From a virus: a stretch of 64,000 nucleotides of DNA. Where the stretch lies: positions 14,937 through 78,936 of IMG/VR virus record IMGVR_UViG_3300026488_000026, one strand, 5' to 3'. A program made the position numbers and the translations under genes. Under the pieces are notes generated by a model. The model searched no databases. It was not told the origin of the DNA and saw only the letters and a program-made list of their open reading frames with translations. Each line of letters begins with the position of its first letter. The first letter of the stretch is position 1. This document shows positions 34,992 through 45,276 of the stretch, one piece after another.

Positions 34992-35583
34992 TGTCGCGTT
35001 CCTTTTTAAGTTCAAACCACTCAATATCTTTTCCTCCAACCAGAAAATCTTTACAATAATAAATAGATTTAAAACTTGGTCTTTTTCCTATTAAACCTTT
35101 TTCATTAAAAAACATAGCTCGTTTATTAGGCATTAATAATTGCAATTTTATATCCTTAAATACATTATAAACTCCACTATCATTTAACCAACTTGCTGTA
35201 TTCAATAAGCAAAAAGGCTTATTAAAACTAATTGCTCTTTCAAAAAAACTTTTTTTATTTTTAAATGGTGGATTACTTATAATAATATCCCAATCTTCCT
35301 CTGGTTCATATTCAAAGAAATCTTGTCCTATTGCTATATGAGAAGCAATCACACTATATCCTTCTTTTTCAAAAATATCTACATAATTACTTCTAAACAT
35401 CTTAATTCTATTATATAGTATATCCTCTTTTAAATCAAAAGGACACCATATTATTAAATCTTTTTTAGCTTTTATTCTTTTTGACTCTCTAAATTTCTCA
35501 ATAAAAGGAATAAGAGGAAGAATCAAAGAAGGGTATGTATAACTTTCGTCATTCCCTGTAAATTTATATTGATTAACATTCAT
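34984..35583 (-). CDS. Small amino-DNA methyltransferase
   Basis: NDESYT, IWCPFD, GQDFF, SNPPF. Confidence 0.85.
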   Translation of the reverse strand: MNVNQYKFTGNDESYTYPSLILPLIPFIEKFRESKRIKAKKDLIIWCPFDLKEDILYNRIKMFRSNYVDIFEKEGYSVIASHIAIGQDFFEYEPEEDWDIIISNPPFKNKKSFFERAISFNKPFCLLNTASWLNDSGVYNVFKDIKLQLLMPNKRAMFFNEKGLIGKRPSFKSIYYCKDFLVGGKDIEWFELKKERDNV

Positions 35584-38263
35584 TACCAAGCTCCTTTAAA
35601 TATTTTTCGATTTCTTTTTCATCAATATTATTTGGTAAGGTTATAACTTCTTTCATATTATAGCCTATATCAAGTTCTGCTTCTAATTTTACAACAGGTT
35701 TTTCATAAAGTCCATTATTATAATCTTTTACCATACATTCAATTAAATTATCATTTACAAATTTAATAACCTTTAAATCTTTTTTAATATATAAATATAT
35801 GGCATCATGAATTGTATTAACAATTTTAATTTTATCTATTAACCCTGCTTCTTCAATTTTCTTTTGAAAACAAACTATCGCATAAAGTGTTAAAATATTT
35901 CCACTTTGGATATTAAAATTAGTTGCTACTCTTTGAGCTTTTTCTTTTGTTTGAGTATTCCAACTTTTAATATCTGGTATTAATAGTCTCAAACCCGAAT
36001 AACGCGAAATTAAATAGCCTTGCTTTTCAGCTTGTTTAATAATACTATCTTGATATTCTTTTGTAACTTTATATAAAGTCCAATAAGCATCATATATTTC
36101 TTTTCCAACTAAATGTTCACTCCCACCATAACTTAAACCAAAAGTATAAGGTTTACCTTTTTGCCTAATTTCAGGATATTTTTTCTTTATGGAATTAATT
36201 ACATTAATTCTATATGTTTCTTTATCAATTTCTTTTTTATTTTTATAATTATCTGGTAACAAACTTTCACTAAAATAATCAATTTCTCCGTTTTCTAATT
36301 CAACTTCGTAAAATTTTGTATCACTTTTAAGTTTTTCTATTTTTTCTTTAATATCAGGCATTTCATCAGAAAAATAATAAAAAGCGTTTTGACAATGTCC
36401 ATCCACGCCTTTTAAAAATACATCAAGTTTTGCAGGGTCTTTACTTGCATTTGCTATTAATCTATCTTCTAAAGCACTATAATCTGACGCTCCTAATAAA
36501 AATTCCTCAGGTGCTATAAATAATTTTTTAATTTCTTTTCCATATTTACTACCACTTGGAATTGTTTGCATATTAATAACCCCACTACTACTTAATCTAC
36601 CACTAATTGTTCCGCTCTGATTAAAATTAGCAAAAATCCTATAATCATTTGGTGCAACTTCAATATACCCTTCAAGCATATTTTTTAAATAAGCTGTTTT
36701 TATTTTTTCACTTGCTTGGTATTCACTTATTAAATTTAACACTTCTAATTTTTCTTCATCTTTAATTGTTTTTTTCCATTCTTCTAAAACTTCATTACTT
36801 GTTGAAGGCTCACCTGCTTTTGTAGTTTCAATAACAGGCAAATCCATAACTTCAAAAAATAAAATTTTTTTCTGTTGGCTACTACTTGGATTAAAAGGTT
36901 TTAAAAATTCTTCCCAATTTTCTTTTTTATTTTTGTGAGTTTTATTATATTTTTCTTTTGCTTGTAATGCTAAAATTTTTTCAGTAGCTTTAACATAAAC
37001 ATTTTCTCTTAATTTTGCTAAATCTTTTTTAACAATTTCTTTCATTCTTTCATAAAATTCTTTAGTTTGCTCTAAATCAATACGCAAACCATTCATTTTC
37101 ATTTTATTTAAAGCAAAACCAATATCTCTAAATTTTCTATAAGTCTCCACAAAACCTTCTTGTTTTAATTCTTTCCACAAATCTTTAAAAATTTTATAGT
37201 TTGCAACCACATCAATATTATTATAAATAGCAACTTTTTCAAAATCATACTCTATTAATTTACTTTGGTCTATTTCTTTATCCCAATCTCCAAAATATTT
37301 AAAAGCTAATTGCTTTAAACTTAAATTTTTTCTTTCAGTAGAATTATAAAGTAGATAAGCCATAAGTAATGTATCATCAATTTTAAATTTATTAATTAAA
37401 GGCTCTTGATTTATTTGAAAATTAAAGTCTCTCATAATTTCATGAACTAAAAAAGTTAAGTCAAAACCTAAAAAATTATGTCCTATAATTACACCTTCAT
37501 AATTTTCAAAAAACTCTTTTAAATATTGTTTAATTAATTGATAATCTTCTTCACTATGATATTGAGGATGAATAGCAATACAAGTAGGGTTTTTGGCATC
37601 TTTTGTAAAACTAATTGTAAGAAGCCTGTTTTTATACCATTCAAGCCCTGTTGTCTCAATATCACACACTACTGCTTTTGTTTCTAATAATGTGTCTAAA
37701 TATTGTTTTACTTCATTTGGTTGTTTTAAAAAGGTATGATTAATTTCAATATTTTCAAATTTATCTTTATATTCACCTTTTATAAAGGCTTTATAAGCTT
37801 CAAAACTTAATTGTAACTCTCTTGCTCTATTTGGATATCTTTCAACAATAATAGGATTTAAAAAAGGTATAATATTTATTTGAGATAAATCAAAGATTTC
37901 TTTATTTTTCCCACTACCAAACGAAAATTCTGTTCCTTTAATAACTCTACCAAAATTATTACTAAAATTTTTATCTTTTGTAATTTCCTGATAAGTATCT
38001 GAATGCCCTATTAACCATACATCTATACCCATAATTTGTGAATATTCAAAAACCTCTTCTATAACTTCCTTTAAAACTGCTTTTTTAATTCTTCCTTTTT
38101 TAGGAACAGGTATAGACACAAAAGCAAAATCTTTTACATCTAAATTAAAAGGTTGCAATAATTGCTTATGTAAAAAACCATAATTTTCTTTAAAACAAAT
38201 ATTGTCTGGTAACCAAATAATTGCTTTTGGATTTGTAGTATTGTAAGTAAATAAATAGTTCAT
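35573..38263 (-). CDS. DNA polymerase, family A, with 3'-5' exonuclease
   Basis: DIETTG, HN..FD, GTISGRLSS, DYSALE (A), RQKGK...FGLSYG (B), IHDAI (C). Confidence 0.95.
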   Translation of the reverse strand: MNYLFTYNTTNPKAIIWLPDNICFKENYGFLHKQLLQPFNLDVKDFAFVSIPVPKKGRIKKAVLKEVIEEVFEYSQIMGIDVWLIGHSDTYQEITKDKNFSNNFGRVIKGTEFSFGSGKNKEIFDLSQINIIPFLNPIIVERYPNRARELQLSFEAYKAFIKGEYKDKFENIEINHTFLKQPNEVKQYLDTLLETKAVVCDIETTGLEWYKNRLLTISFTKDAKNPTCIAIHPQYHSEEDYQLIKQYLKEFFENYEGVIIGHNFLGFDLTFLVHEIMRDFNFQINQEPLINKFKIDDTLLMAYLLYNSTERKNLSLKQLAFKYFGDWDKEIDQSKLIEYDFEKVAIYNNIDVVANYKIFKDLWKELKQEGFVETYRKFRDIGFALNKMKMNGLRIDLEQTKEFYERMKEIVKKDLAKLRENVYVKATEKILALQAKEKYNKTHKNKKENWEEFLKPFNPSSSQQKKILFFEVMDLPVIETTKAGEPSTSNEVLEEWKKTIKDEEKLEVLNLISEYQASEKIKTAYLKNMLEGYIEVAPNDYRIFANFNQSGTISGRLSSSGVINMQTIPSGSKYGKEIKKLFIAPEEFLLGASDYSALEDRLIANASKDPAKLDVFLKGVDGHCQNAFYYFSDEMPDIKEKIEKLKSDTKFYEVELENGEIDYFSESLLPDNYKNKKEIDKETYRINVINSIKKKYPEIRQKGKPYTFGLSYGGSEHLVGKEIYDAYWTLYKVTKEYQDSIIKQAEKQGYLISRYSGLRLLIPDIKSWNTQTKEKAQRVATNFNIQSGNILTLYAIVCFQKKIEEAGLIDKIKIVNTIHDAIYLYIKKDLKVIKFVNDNLIECMVKDYNNGLYEKPVVKLEAELDIGYNMKEVITLPNNIDEKEIEKYLKELGNEC

Positions 38264-38264
38264 T

Positions 38265-38711
38265 TTAATCTCCTTTTATATTAATTTCAATGATTATTTT
38301 ATTATTTTCTTTATTTATATTTATTAAGTAATTTTTATTTTCTTCATACTTTTTATAAGGTCTTAATAAACAATCCATAGAAATAAATAAATTATTCAAT
38401 TCATAAACACAACCATCATCTGCAGTAAATAAAATACTACTAAAATTAGCATCTTGTGGAGGTCTATTATCAAAACTAATACTTTTTATTTTAAGAGGAC
38501 TTTTTCTTTTATCAAAATAAAATTTACATCCAATAAGTTTTTTTAATTCTATTGTTCCATCAAATTCAATTATTAAATAATCCTCTGGTAGAGAATTACT
38601 CATAAATAGCCATCTATCAAAATTATAAATTTTTAAATCACTTAAATCAATTAACAATCTTATTTTTTCTCGTTCTCTATAAATAAAATGGTCTTTTGTT
38701 AATATTTTCAT
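38265..38711 (-). CDS. Hypothetical protein, operon leader
   Basis: AAAGGAG RBS. Confidence 0.7.
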   Translation of the reverse strand: MKILTKDHFIYREREKIRLLIDLSDLKIYNFDRWLFMSNSLPEDYLIIEFDGTIELKKLIGCKFYFDKRKSPLKIKSISFDNRPPQDANFSSILFTADDGCVYELNNLFISMDCLLRPYKKYEENKNYLININKENNKIIIEINIKGD

Positions 38712-38743
38712 TTTTTTCTCCTTTACTTTAATTTAGCAACAAT

Positions 38744-38772
38744 ATTATAAAAAATTTTTTATAAAAAAGCAA
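38744..38772 (-). promoter_or_regulatory. sigma70 promoter with palindromic spacer
   Basis: TTGCTT-17-TATAAT. Confidence 0.75.
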
Positions 38773-38778
38773 GAAAAA

Positions 38779-40134
38779 TTAGAAAGATTTAAAAGAATTT
38801 ATCCATTTTTGATAGGAGACATATAAAATAATATCTTTGTGAGAAATTTTTAATTTTTGAGACCATTCTTTTTGTAACCTACAACGCCTTTCGCCCTTTT
38901 CTAAAAAACAAAAAGTAAAAAATAAAGGCTCTTTTTTGTTTTTATGTTCTCTCCTTAATCTACCTATTGTCTGTTCGTAAGTTTCTTTTGTATGTGTTGC
39001 CAAATTAATAATAGTATCCATTCTATAAATACTTACGCCTTTTTGCAAAATAGTGCCTCCAATTAATACTCTTAACTTTTCATTTTCAAAATCCTCTAAA
39101 TATTTTTTTCTTTCTTTACCTGTAGTAGCTTGATTAATAATTTCAGCTCTTATACCTTTTTTAGCTAATAGGTTTTTTAAATTTTCTTGGTTTTCATTAT
39201 AAGTAGAATACAAAAATATACTTCTGCCTTTCTTTAATAAAAATTCAACAAAATCAACAACATCATCTAATAAAAGTTTTGAATTATAAAGTCTTTGCCA
39301 AGCTTTTTGAGCTTCATATTTTCCACTATAAAAAATAGGTAAATAGTGTTGAATTATTATATGCTTAACAGGTTTAATGTCAGGATTACCTCCTATAACT
39401 AAATTACTAAAATGGTCATAAATAGCTTCAGTAAGACCATCAGAACGCGTAGGGGTAGCACTTAATCCTAATCTATATTTAGCATCAAAAGAAAGCATTG
39501 TTTTTGTTAATGCCCCTACTGAAACTAAATGGCATTCATCAACTATAATAAAACCCACTTCTTTATTTAGTCTATTAACTACATCTTTATTTAGATTTAA
39601 AAATTGAAGTGTAGAAATATAAATATCTCCTTTTTCAAATTTATTTTTAGAATTCAATAAAACCACTTTGGCGTTTGAATTTTGTGTAAATTCTTTATAA
39701 GTTTGCTCTACCAAAGAAGTTTTATCAACTAAAAACAAAGTTTTAATTCCTAATTGTTTTATTAAATAAATAGAACTATATGTTTTACCAGACCCTGCTG
39801 GTGCTTGATAAATACACGCATTTTCAGGAGAATTTTTAAGTTTATCTAAAATTTTTTTAATATCTTTCTTTTGATAGTCTCTTAAAGAAAAATCAATTAA
39901 ATTAAAATTTATTTTTTCGCCAGAATTTTTTTTACAAATTAATTTAAAATTATCAGTTTTTAAACTTCTTATTAATTTTTCATAATTTCTTGGTAAAATT
40001 AAACCTTCTTTAATAGGGATTATAGTAGAAACTTGTTCTTCTTTTCTTTTATCATAATAAATATAGTTTCTTATATTAACATTTTTTACAAAATCTTTTT
40101 TTATTTTATAACCAGAACAAATTACAATTTCCAT
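38779..40134 (-). CDS. SF2 helicase (T5 D10/UvsW-like)
   Basis: LRDYQ, AGSGKT, DECH, SATP, QTIGRLRR. Confidence 0.92.
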   Translation of the reverse strand: MEIVICSGYKIKKDFVKNVNIRNYIYYDKRKEEQVSTIIPIKEGLILPRNYEKLIRSLKTDNFKLICKKNSGEKINFNLIDFSLRDYQKKDIKKILDKLKNSPENACIYQAPAGSGKTYSSIYLIKQLGIKTLFLVDKTSLVEQTYKEFTQNSNAKVVLLNSKNKFEKGDIYISTLQFLNLNKDVVNRLNKEVGFIIVDECHLVSVGALTKTMLSFDAKYRLGLSATPTRSDGLTEAIYDHFSNLVIGGNPDIKPVKHIIIQHYLPIFYSGKYEAQKAWQRLYNSKLLLDDVVDFVEFLLKKGRSIFLYSTYNENQENLKNLLAKKGIRAEIINQATTGKERKKYLEDFENEKLRVLIGGTILQKGVSIYRMDTIINLATHTKETYEQTIGRLRREHKNKKEPLFFTFCFLEKGERRCRLQKEWSQKLKISHKDIILYVSYQKWINSFKSF

Positions 40135-40136
40135 GG

Positions 40137-40415
40137 TTAAACCATTTCAAAAAATTTACTTAATTTATCATATAAAAAAGCTCCTATTCTATAATTACCA
40201 TTTCCTAAATTTTCAATATACTTTTCAAATTTTTTTAAAACATACAAAATTCTTTGCTTACTATCTCCTGTTTCACTTGCAATTTCTTTTAAAGAAAATT
40301 TCCCTTTTTCCCTTTGAATTTTAGCTCCTAATAATAAATACAATAAACCTCTAACAGAAATAGAATTTAATTCATTTTTTGAAATTTCATTTAATCTTTT
40401 TAATAACAATTTCAT
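40137..40415 (-). CDS. Winged-HTH protein
   Basis: FSLKEIASETGDSKQRI; AAGGAGAGAAAAATG leader. Confidence 0.65.
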   Translation of the reverse strand: MKLLLKRLNEISKNELNSISVRGLLYLLLGAKIQREKGKFSLKEIASETGDSKQRILYVLKKFEKYIENLGNGNYRIGAFLYDKLSKFFEMV

Positions 40416-40454
40416 TTTTCTCTCCTTATAAAATTTTTTGAATTATAATATATT

Positions 40455-40886
40455 TTAAGGTTGAAATCCATAGTTTTTTGCCAATTCACTACTTGAAACA
40501 CCACTTAAAATAAGTTTTTTGTTTATTTTTAAAATTCTTGAATATAAACTTTTTAAAATTTGTCCACTATATGCTTTATTATTTGCAAGTTCAGTGCCGA
40601 TATTATAAACAACATTATATTCTTTCAAATTCAAATCATTTATATTTAATTCATTTTTCAAAATATCTGATTGAAGTTCAGAAAAATCAAAACCCTGAAC
40701 TTCTCCATAAAAATTTTCTAAAAGATATTTTACAATTTTTTCAATATTTTGATTAATAATCAAAATATTATTTTTAAATTTTAGTTTATTTTCAATTTTA
40801 ACTAAATCAACTTCTGTTAATTCTACTTTTGCCCAACTTTTTGGGAAACCATAATAAAAATACATAAGTTCAATTTTTCTATTCAT
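40455..40886 (-). CDS. Hypothetical protein, possibly degenerate DnaC/IstB-like
   Basis: YNIGTE...ILKSLYSR...LILS pattern without Walker motifs. Confidence 0.4.
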   Translation of the reverse strand: MNRKIELMYFYYGFPKSWAKVELTEVDLVKIENKLKFKNNILIINQNIEKIVKYLLENFYGEVQGFDFSELQSDILKNELNINDLNLKEYNVVYNIGTELANNKAYSGQILKSLYSRILKINKKLILSGVSSSELAKNYGFQP

Positions 40887-41454
40887 ACTTGTGCCTTTCA
40901 ATTATTTCTGAAATTACTTTTAAACACTTTATAATAAAATCTTCCATTTCTTCATTCTTAATAACAAAATCAAAATTTAAGTCTTCCCAATCTTTTTCAC
41001 TAATGTGATTATCTTTACTTTGTATGTCTCTTTCTATTTTAATAGCATAATATTCATAATCTGGGTAATCGTTTATCAAACTTTTATATTCATTTTTAAA
41101 GCGTAAATCAGGTATAAAAATAATATCATAGTTATTTTTATCAATTTCTTTTTTTAATACTTTTACAAAAATATCTTTTCCAAAAACTTCTCTTAAACTC
41201 ATACCTGTATCTTGCAACAATTCACGCATTGTTTTATCTCCAACTACTTCAAAATCCTTATTTTTCCATTCTTCTATTACTTCAAGGGGAAAACCCCATT
41301 GTTTTGAAACAAATCTTTTTAAAGGATAAGCAAAAGAAAGTTTTTTTATCTTTAATAAAGGATAATTTTTTAAAATATAATCCATCATAATATTTGCACA
41401 AGTATCTTTACCCGCCCCTTTTTTACCACTTATACTAATAATTATTTTTGGCAT
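40879..41454 (-). CDS. Deoxynucleoside monophosphate kinase
   Basis: GKKGAGKDT, FAYPLK, RELLQ, DLRFKNE, HISE. Confidence 0.9.
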   Translation of the reverse strand: MPKIIISISGKKGAGKDTCANIMMDYILKNYPLLKIKKLSFAYPLKRFVSKQWGFPLEVIEEWKNKDFEVVGDKTMRELLQDTGMSLREVFGKDIFVKVLKKEIDKNNYDIIFIPDLRFKNEYKSLINDYPDYEYYAIKIERDIQSKDNHISEKDWEDLNFDFVIKNEEMEDFIIKCLKVISEIIERHKYE

Positions 41455-42278
41455 TATAACTCCTTAATTATATTTTCATATAAATTAGTTTGATAAATTT
41501 TAATACTATTTAACATTGCTAAAGCTATTTTTCTTATTTCTTCTTGTGCATCTTTTTTTAATCTTAAATTAAAAAAGTTTACTAAACTATCTTTATCCAT
41601 CTGTACCCAAAATATTGTATAAGCACCAACAGGTTGAATTGCCCTTGCTTGTTCTGGTTTTAAACCTGTTTCTAAAGCCTTTTCATATACTGAAGTTATA
41701 TAATTATAAGTATCTTCAAACATTCTTTCAATATTTTGTCTATCGCCATAATCTAATGAATTATAATTTTCCATTTCAGGCATATAAAATTCAAAAGGCA
41801 CTTTATTATTTTTTACATACCTACGACTCATTTCTAAGTAACTTGCTCCTCTATGACGCATAAATTGTCTTGCTACAAAAATAGGGCATTTTATTTTAAA
41901 TGTGGCAACTTCACTTGCATGGTCAAGCATTAATTGAGTTAAAATATCCTTATCCCCATCAGCTATTTGTTCAAAAGTTGGCAAATTTTCATGCCTTAAA
42001 CTTTCTCTTATCCTATCACTAAAATAAGCTGGTGTAATAAACTCAAACACACTTTCATGCTTTAAAACTTGTAATCTTTTATACAACTTAGCTGGGTCTT
42101 TTGCTTGTTCATTACCATAACTCAAACTTGCAATTGTGGCAACCATTTCTTCTCTACTTTCTTGATTAAGATTACCAGCCCAACCGCTCCACAATTCTAC
42201 AAAACCATTTTCCCATTTTGTATTAATATTATAAATAGGTTTTACCAAAGAGATTCTTTTAAAATATTTATTTTCCAT
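41454..42278 (-). CDS. thyX: FAD-dependent thymidylate synthase
   Basis: HESVFE, RQFMRHR.ASYLEMSRRY, AQEEIR. Confidence 0.93.
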   Translation of the reverse strand: MENKYFKRISLVKPIYNINTKWENGFVELWSGWAGNLNQESREEMVATIASLSYGNEQAKDPAKLYKRLQVLKHESVFEFITPAYFSDRIRESLRHENLPTFEQIADGDKDILTQLMLDHASEVATFKIKCPIFVARQFMRHRGASYLEMSRRYVKNNKVPFEFYMPEMENYNSLDYGDRQNIERMFEDTYNYITSVYEKALETGLKPEQARAIQPVGAYTIFWVQMDKDSLVNFFNLRLKKDAQEEIRKIALAMLNSIKIYQTNLYENIIKEL

Positions 42279-42516
42279 TTGCTTTTCCTTTCAAGAATTT
42301 TAATAATTCTTTTTCAAGTTTTTCTTTTGTTGGTTTTTTTCTTATTTTTTTAACCATTTTACTACTTGTATGGTATCTTAAAATAGTTTCTTTAGGGATT
42401 TTAAATTCTTTAACTAAACCTTCAGGTATTATTAAATCATAATAGTAGATTTTTTTCTCTTCTGGTACATACAAAATTGTTCCTTTAAAGTTTTTATAAG
42501 TAATTTCAACTATCAT
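42268..42516 (-). CDS. Hypothetical protein
   Basis: AGGAG RBS. Confidence 0.65.
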   Translation of the reverse strand: MIVEITYKNFKGTILYVPEEKKIYYYDLIIPEGLVKEFKIPKETILRYHTSSKMVKKIRKKPTKEKLEKELLKFLKGKANGK

Positions 42517-42760
42517 TTTTTTCTCCTTTCAAATTTTTATAAATTTTAACAAATTGTTCTTTTGCACTTAAAAAATCAGAATGCTTACTAATAACTACTC
42601 TTTTATTATCTTTAAATCTTGTTATAAAATATATTGTACCATATTGCCCTATTTCAAAATCTTGCATAATTTTATCTTTTAATGCTTTGTTATACATAAT
42701 ATTTATATACTTTTCGTTCTTTTTATTTTTCTTTATTAATTTTTTAATAAAAGTAAACAT
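42506..42760 (-). CDS. Hypothetical protein
   Basis: AGGAGG RBS. Confidence 0.65.
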   Translation of the reverse strand: MFTFIKKLIKKNKKNEKYINIMYNKALKDKIMQDFEIGQYGTIYFITRFKDNKRVVISKHSDFLSAKEQFVKIYKNLKGEKNDS

Positions 42761-42771
42761 TAATTCCTCCT

Positions 42772-43992
42772 TTATAAAATTATTCCCGTATCATCAAAAC
42801 GCATAAAATGAAAATTTGTTTCAGCCACATATACATTTTTTTGAGCATTTCTCGCCTTTATTGTAAAAATTCTTGCAACTTTATTATCATAATCATCTTT
42901 ATTTTGATAAATAAACAACAATACAGTGGCACTAAACTCAAGCTCTCTACTACCTCTTGTAGTAATAGAAATTCTATTATCTTTTTCTTTTACTTCAGTT
43001 AAATTAACTTGTGTTGGAGCTATTATAACAATTCCAAGCTCCCTTGTCAATCTATGTAATTTCTTTACAAAACTACTTAAACTTTTCCATTCTTCTTTTG
43101 AAGAAGGCATTTCTACTAAATTGAGATAATCAATACCAAAAACTTTAAAACCCTCTTTTGCTCTAATTCTTATTTCTCTCTCTAATTCATAAACATCATA
43201 AGGCTGGTCATTTATATAAAATTTATTTTCTCTATTAAAAAATTCTTTCTTCCATTGATTAATTTTTTCAACATAATCAGGATTTCCATAAACTTTTTTA
43301 AAATATTCTTGATTTTCACAACAATACATTCGTGCTATTGTTTCATCGTTTCCAAGCTCAAGATTAAATAAACAAACATTTTCACCTTGTTTATAAGAAT
43401 GTAACAATTGTTGTAAAGTAAAAATAGACTTACCTCCTCCCGATAAACCTCCTATTATAGAAAGACCTCCAAGCATTAAGTTTTTATCTTTCATTGATTT
43501 CATAAAAGGCTCTATCAATTTAATATTAATAGGATTATAATCGGCATCTTTAACATCAATAGTAGCTTTTGTAGCAATAGAAAGTTCTTCTTCAATTTTT
43601 TTAATCAAAGAAACCGCGGTTTTATCTTTTTCTTTTAATTTATAAACTAATGTTTCTATATATTTATCAATAATATTTAATTGATAACTTTCAATTAAAA
43701 TTTCTAACAAACCATTTTTATCAATATCATTAACATCTATATCTTCAAAACTTTCTAACAAACTAATATAATTTAATTCTTCATTCTCCTTAACATTAAG
43801 TTTAATATAATCTTTTAAAAGGTCAAATGAAGGTAAAAATCCTTTTTCTTTTTCAAAATTATCAATAAAAAAATATATATCCTTTAATCTTGTTATAAAC
43901 ATTTCTGCTTTAAGTCTACGAAAAAAAGATAAATCTTTTTTCTTCAAAACATAAGCTAACGCCATTCTTTGTGACGAATTAGTATTAATCAT
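42772..43992 (-). CDS. Replicative DnaB-like helicase
   Basis: GLSGGGKS, NLE, IDYL, PTQ, IKARN. Confidence 0.9.
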   Translation of the reverse strand: MINTNSSQRMALAYVLKKKDLSFFRRLKAEMFITRLKDIYFFIDNFEKEKGFLPSFDLLKDYIKLNVKENEELNYISLLESFEDIDVNDIDKNGLLEILIESYQLNIIDKYIETLVYKLKEKDKTAVSLIKKIEEELSIATKATIDVKDADYNPINIKLIEPFMKSMKDKNLMLGGLSIIGGLSGGGKSIFTLQQLLHSYKQGENVCLFNLELGNDETIARMYCCENQEYFKKVYGNPDYVEKINQWKKEFFNRENKFYINDQPYDVYELEREIRIRAKEGFKVFGIDYLNLVEMPSSKEEWKSLSSFVKKLHRLTRELGIVIIAPTQVNLTEVKEKDNRISITTRGSRELEFSATVLLFIYQNKDDYDNKVARIFTIKARNAQKNVYVAETNFHFMRFDDTGIIL

Positions 43993-44665
43993 ATTGTAAC
44001 CTTTCAACTTTAACACCATTTTCTTTTAAAAACTCTAAACCACTTGTATCCCTATATTCTTCTTTATAAACCACTCTTCTAATACCCGCTTGTATAATGT
44101 GTTTAGCACAATTATGACAAGGGGATAGTGTAACATAAAGAGTTGTATCTTTTGTTGGTAGCCCATTTTTAGCACAAAATAAAATTGCATTCAATTCAGC
44201 ATGTATTACTATATCGTGATTAGTTTTAAGTTCTTTTTTAACTTCAAAATCTCCAACAATTCTATAATTATTTGAATTATCATTTAAAAAATCAATAATT
44301 CCAATTTGTTTACCACATTTAGAACAAAACACTTTTCTCTTTTCTTTATCTTCTATTAGGTCTGCCTCACAACATTTACTTACCAAAATCTCTTTTTCTT
44401 CTTCACAATCAAATTTTTGAGGAACTTCTACATAACCAAAACCCCCACAACAATAACAAGTGCAATTACCATTAACACCTCTACCATTACAACAATTACA
44501 AATTTCTTTAATTTTTTTAGAATAACCTGTTGGCGTTCCATTATAACCGACACTAATAATTCTCCCGTCTTTTGCTATAACTGCCCCTACTTTTGCTCTA
44601 ATACATTTACTTTGTTCAGCCCAAACCTCTGCTGTTTTCATCATTGCAATATCATATTTTTTCAT
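43985..44665 (-). CDS. dCMP deaminase with Cys-rich insertion
   Basis: SKC.RAKVGA, GYNG, HAELNA, SPCHNC. Confidence 0.93.
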   Translation of the reverse strand: MKKYDIAMMKTAEVWAEQSKCIRAKVGAVIAKDGRIISVGYNGTPTGYSKKIKEICNCCNGRGVNGNCTCYCCGGFGYVEVPQKFDCEEEKEILVSKCCEADLIEDKEKRKVFCSKCGKQIGIIDFLNDNSNNYRIVGDFEVKKELKTNHDIVIHAELNAILFCAKNGLPTKDTTLYVTLSPCHNCAKHIIQAGIRRVVYKEEYRDTSGLEFLKENGVKVERLQYD

Positions 44666-44716
44666 TTTTAACTCCTTTTTATTATTACTTCATTTTTTTT
44701 AAATATTTTATTTCCT

Positions 44717-45211
44717 TTAATCTAAACTTAACATAAATTGTTTAATTTGTTTAATAGTTTTTACAACTTTTTTATAGTATTTTAAACCCTTTTTCCAATT
44801 ATAACCAGCATTATAACTACAAACTGCTCTTTTCCAACTAATTTGTTTACTATAACCTTTGCTTCGCCAATAATTATAAAAAAACTTAAACCTTTCTAAA
44901 GCAACACTAAAACTAAAATCATAATCTTTTATTAATCTTTCACAAATTCTACTTTGTTTCCATTTATTAGAATTTATAGTAGAGGGCATAATATGAAAAA
45001 CACCACAACTCGGATCATTTAAGTCTATTAAATATTTACCAAACTTACTTTCAACCCAAGCAATTGCTGTCATCGTATATTGTAAATCAAATTTTTTAGC
45101 TTTATCCCAAGTCTTTTTCATAATTTGATATTGTTGTTGAGATAAATGAAACATAGGATTTTGAGCAAATAAATTTGATGAAATTAATAAAGTGATTAAT
45201 AATTTTTTCAT
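44717..45211 (-). CDS. Exported lytic transglycosylase (SLT-like)
   Basis: Signal peptide; AIAWVES, GVFHI, SYNAG. Confidence 0.85.
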   Translation of the reverse strand: MKKLLITLLISSNLFAQNPMFHLSQQQYQIMKKTWDKAKKFDLQYTMTAIAWVESKFGKYLIDLNDPSCGVFHIMPSTINSNKWKQSRICERLIKDYDFSFSVALERFKFFYNYWRSKGYSKQISWKRAVCSYNAGYNWKKGLKYYKKVVKTIKQIKQFMLSLD

Positions 45212-45240
45212 ACTAATTCCTTTATATTTAATTTTCAAAA

Positions 45241-45269
45241 ATTATAAATAAAAAAGGAAAAATTGTCAA
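45241..45269 (-). promoter_or_regulatory. sigma70 promoter
   Basis: TTGACA-17-TATAAT. Confidence 0.85.
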
Positions 45270-45276
45270 GAATTTT

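Noticed and set aside
36230-36360. Intein or intron in the DNA polymerase
   Set aside because: Insertion is short, in frame and lacks splice-junction residues
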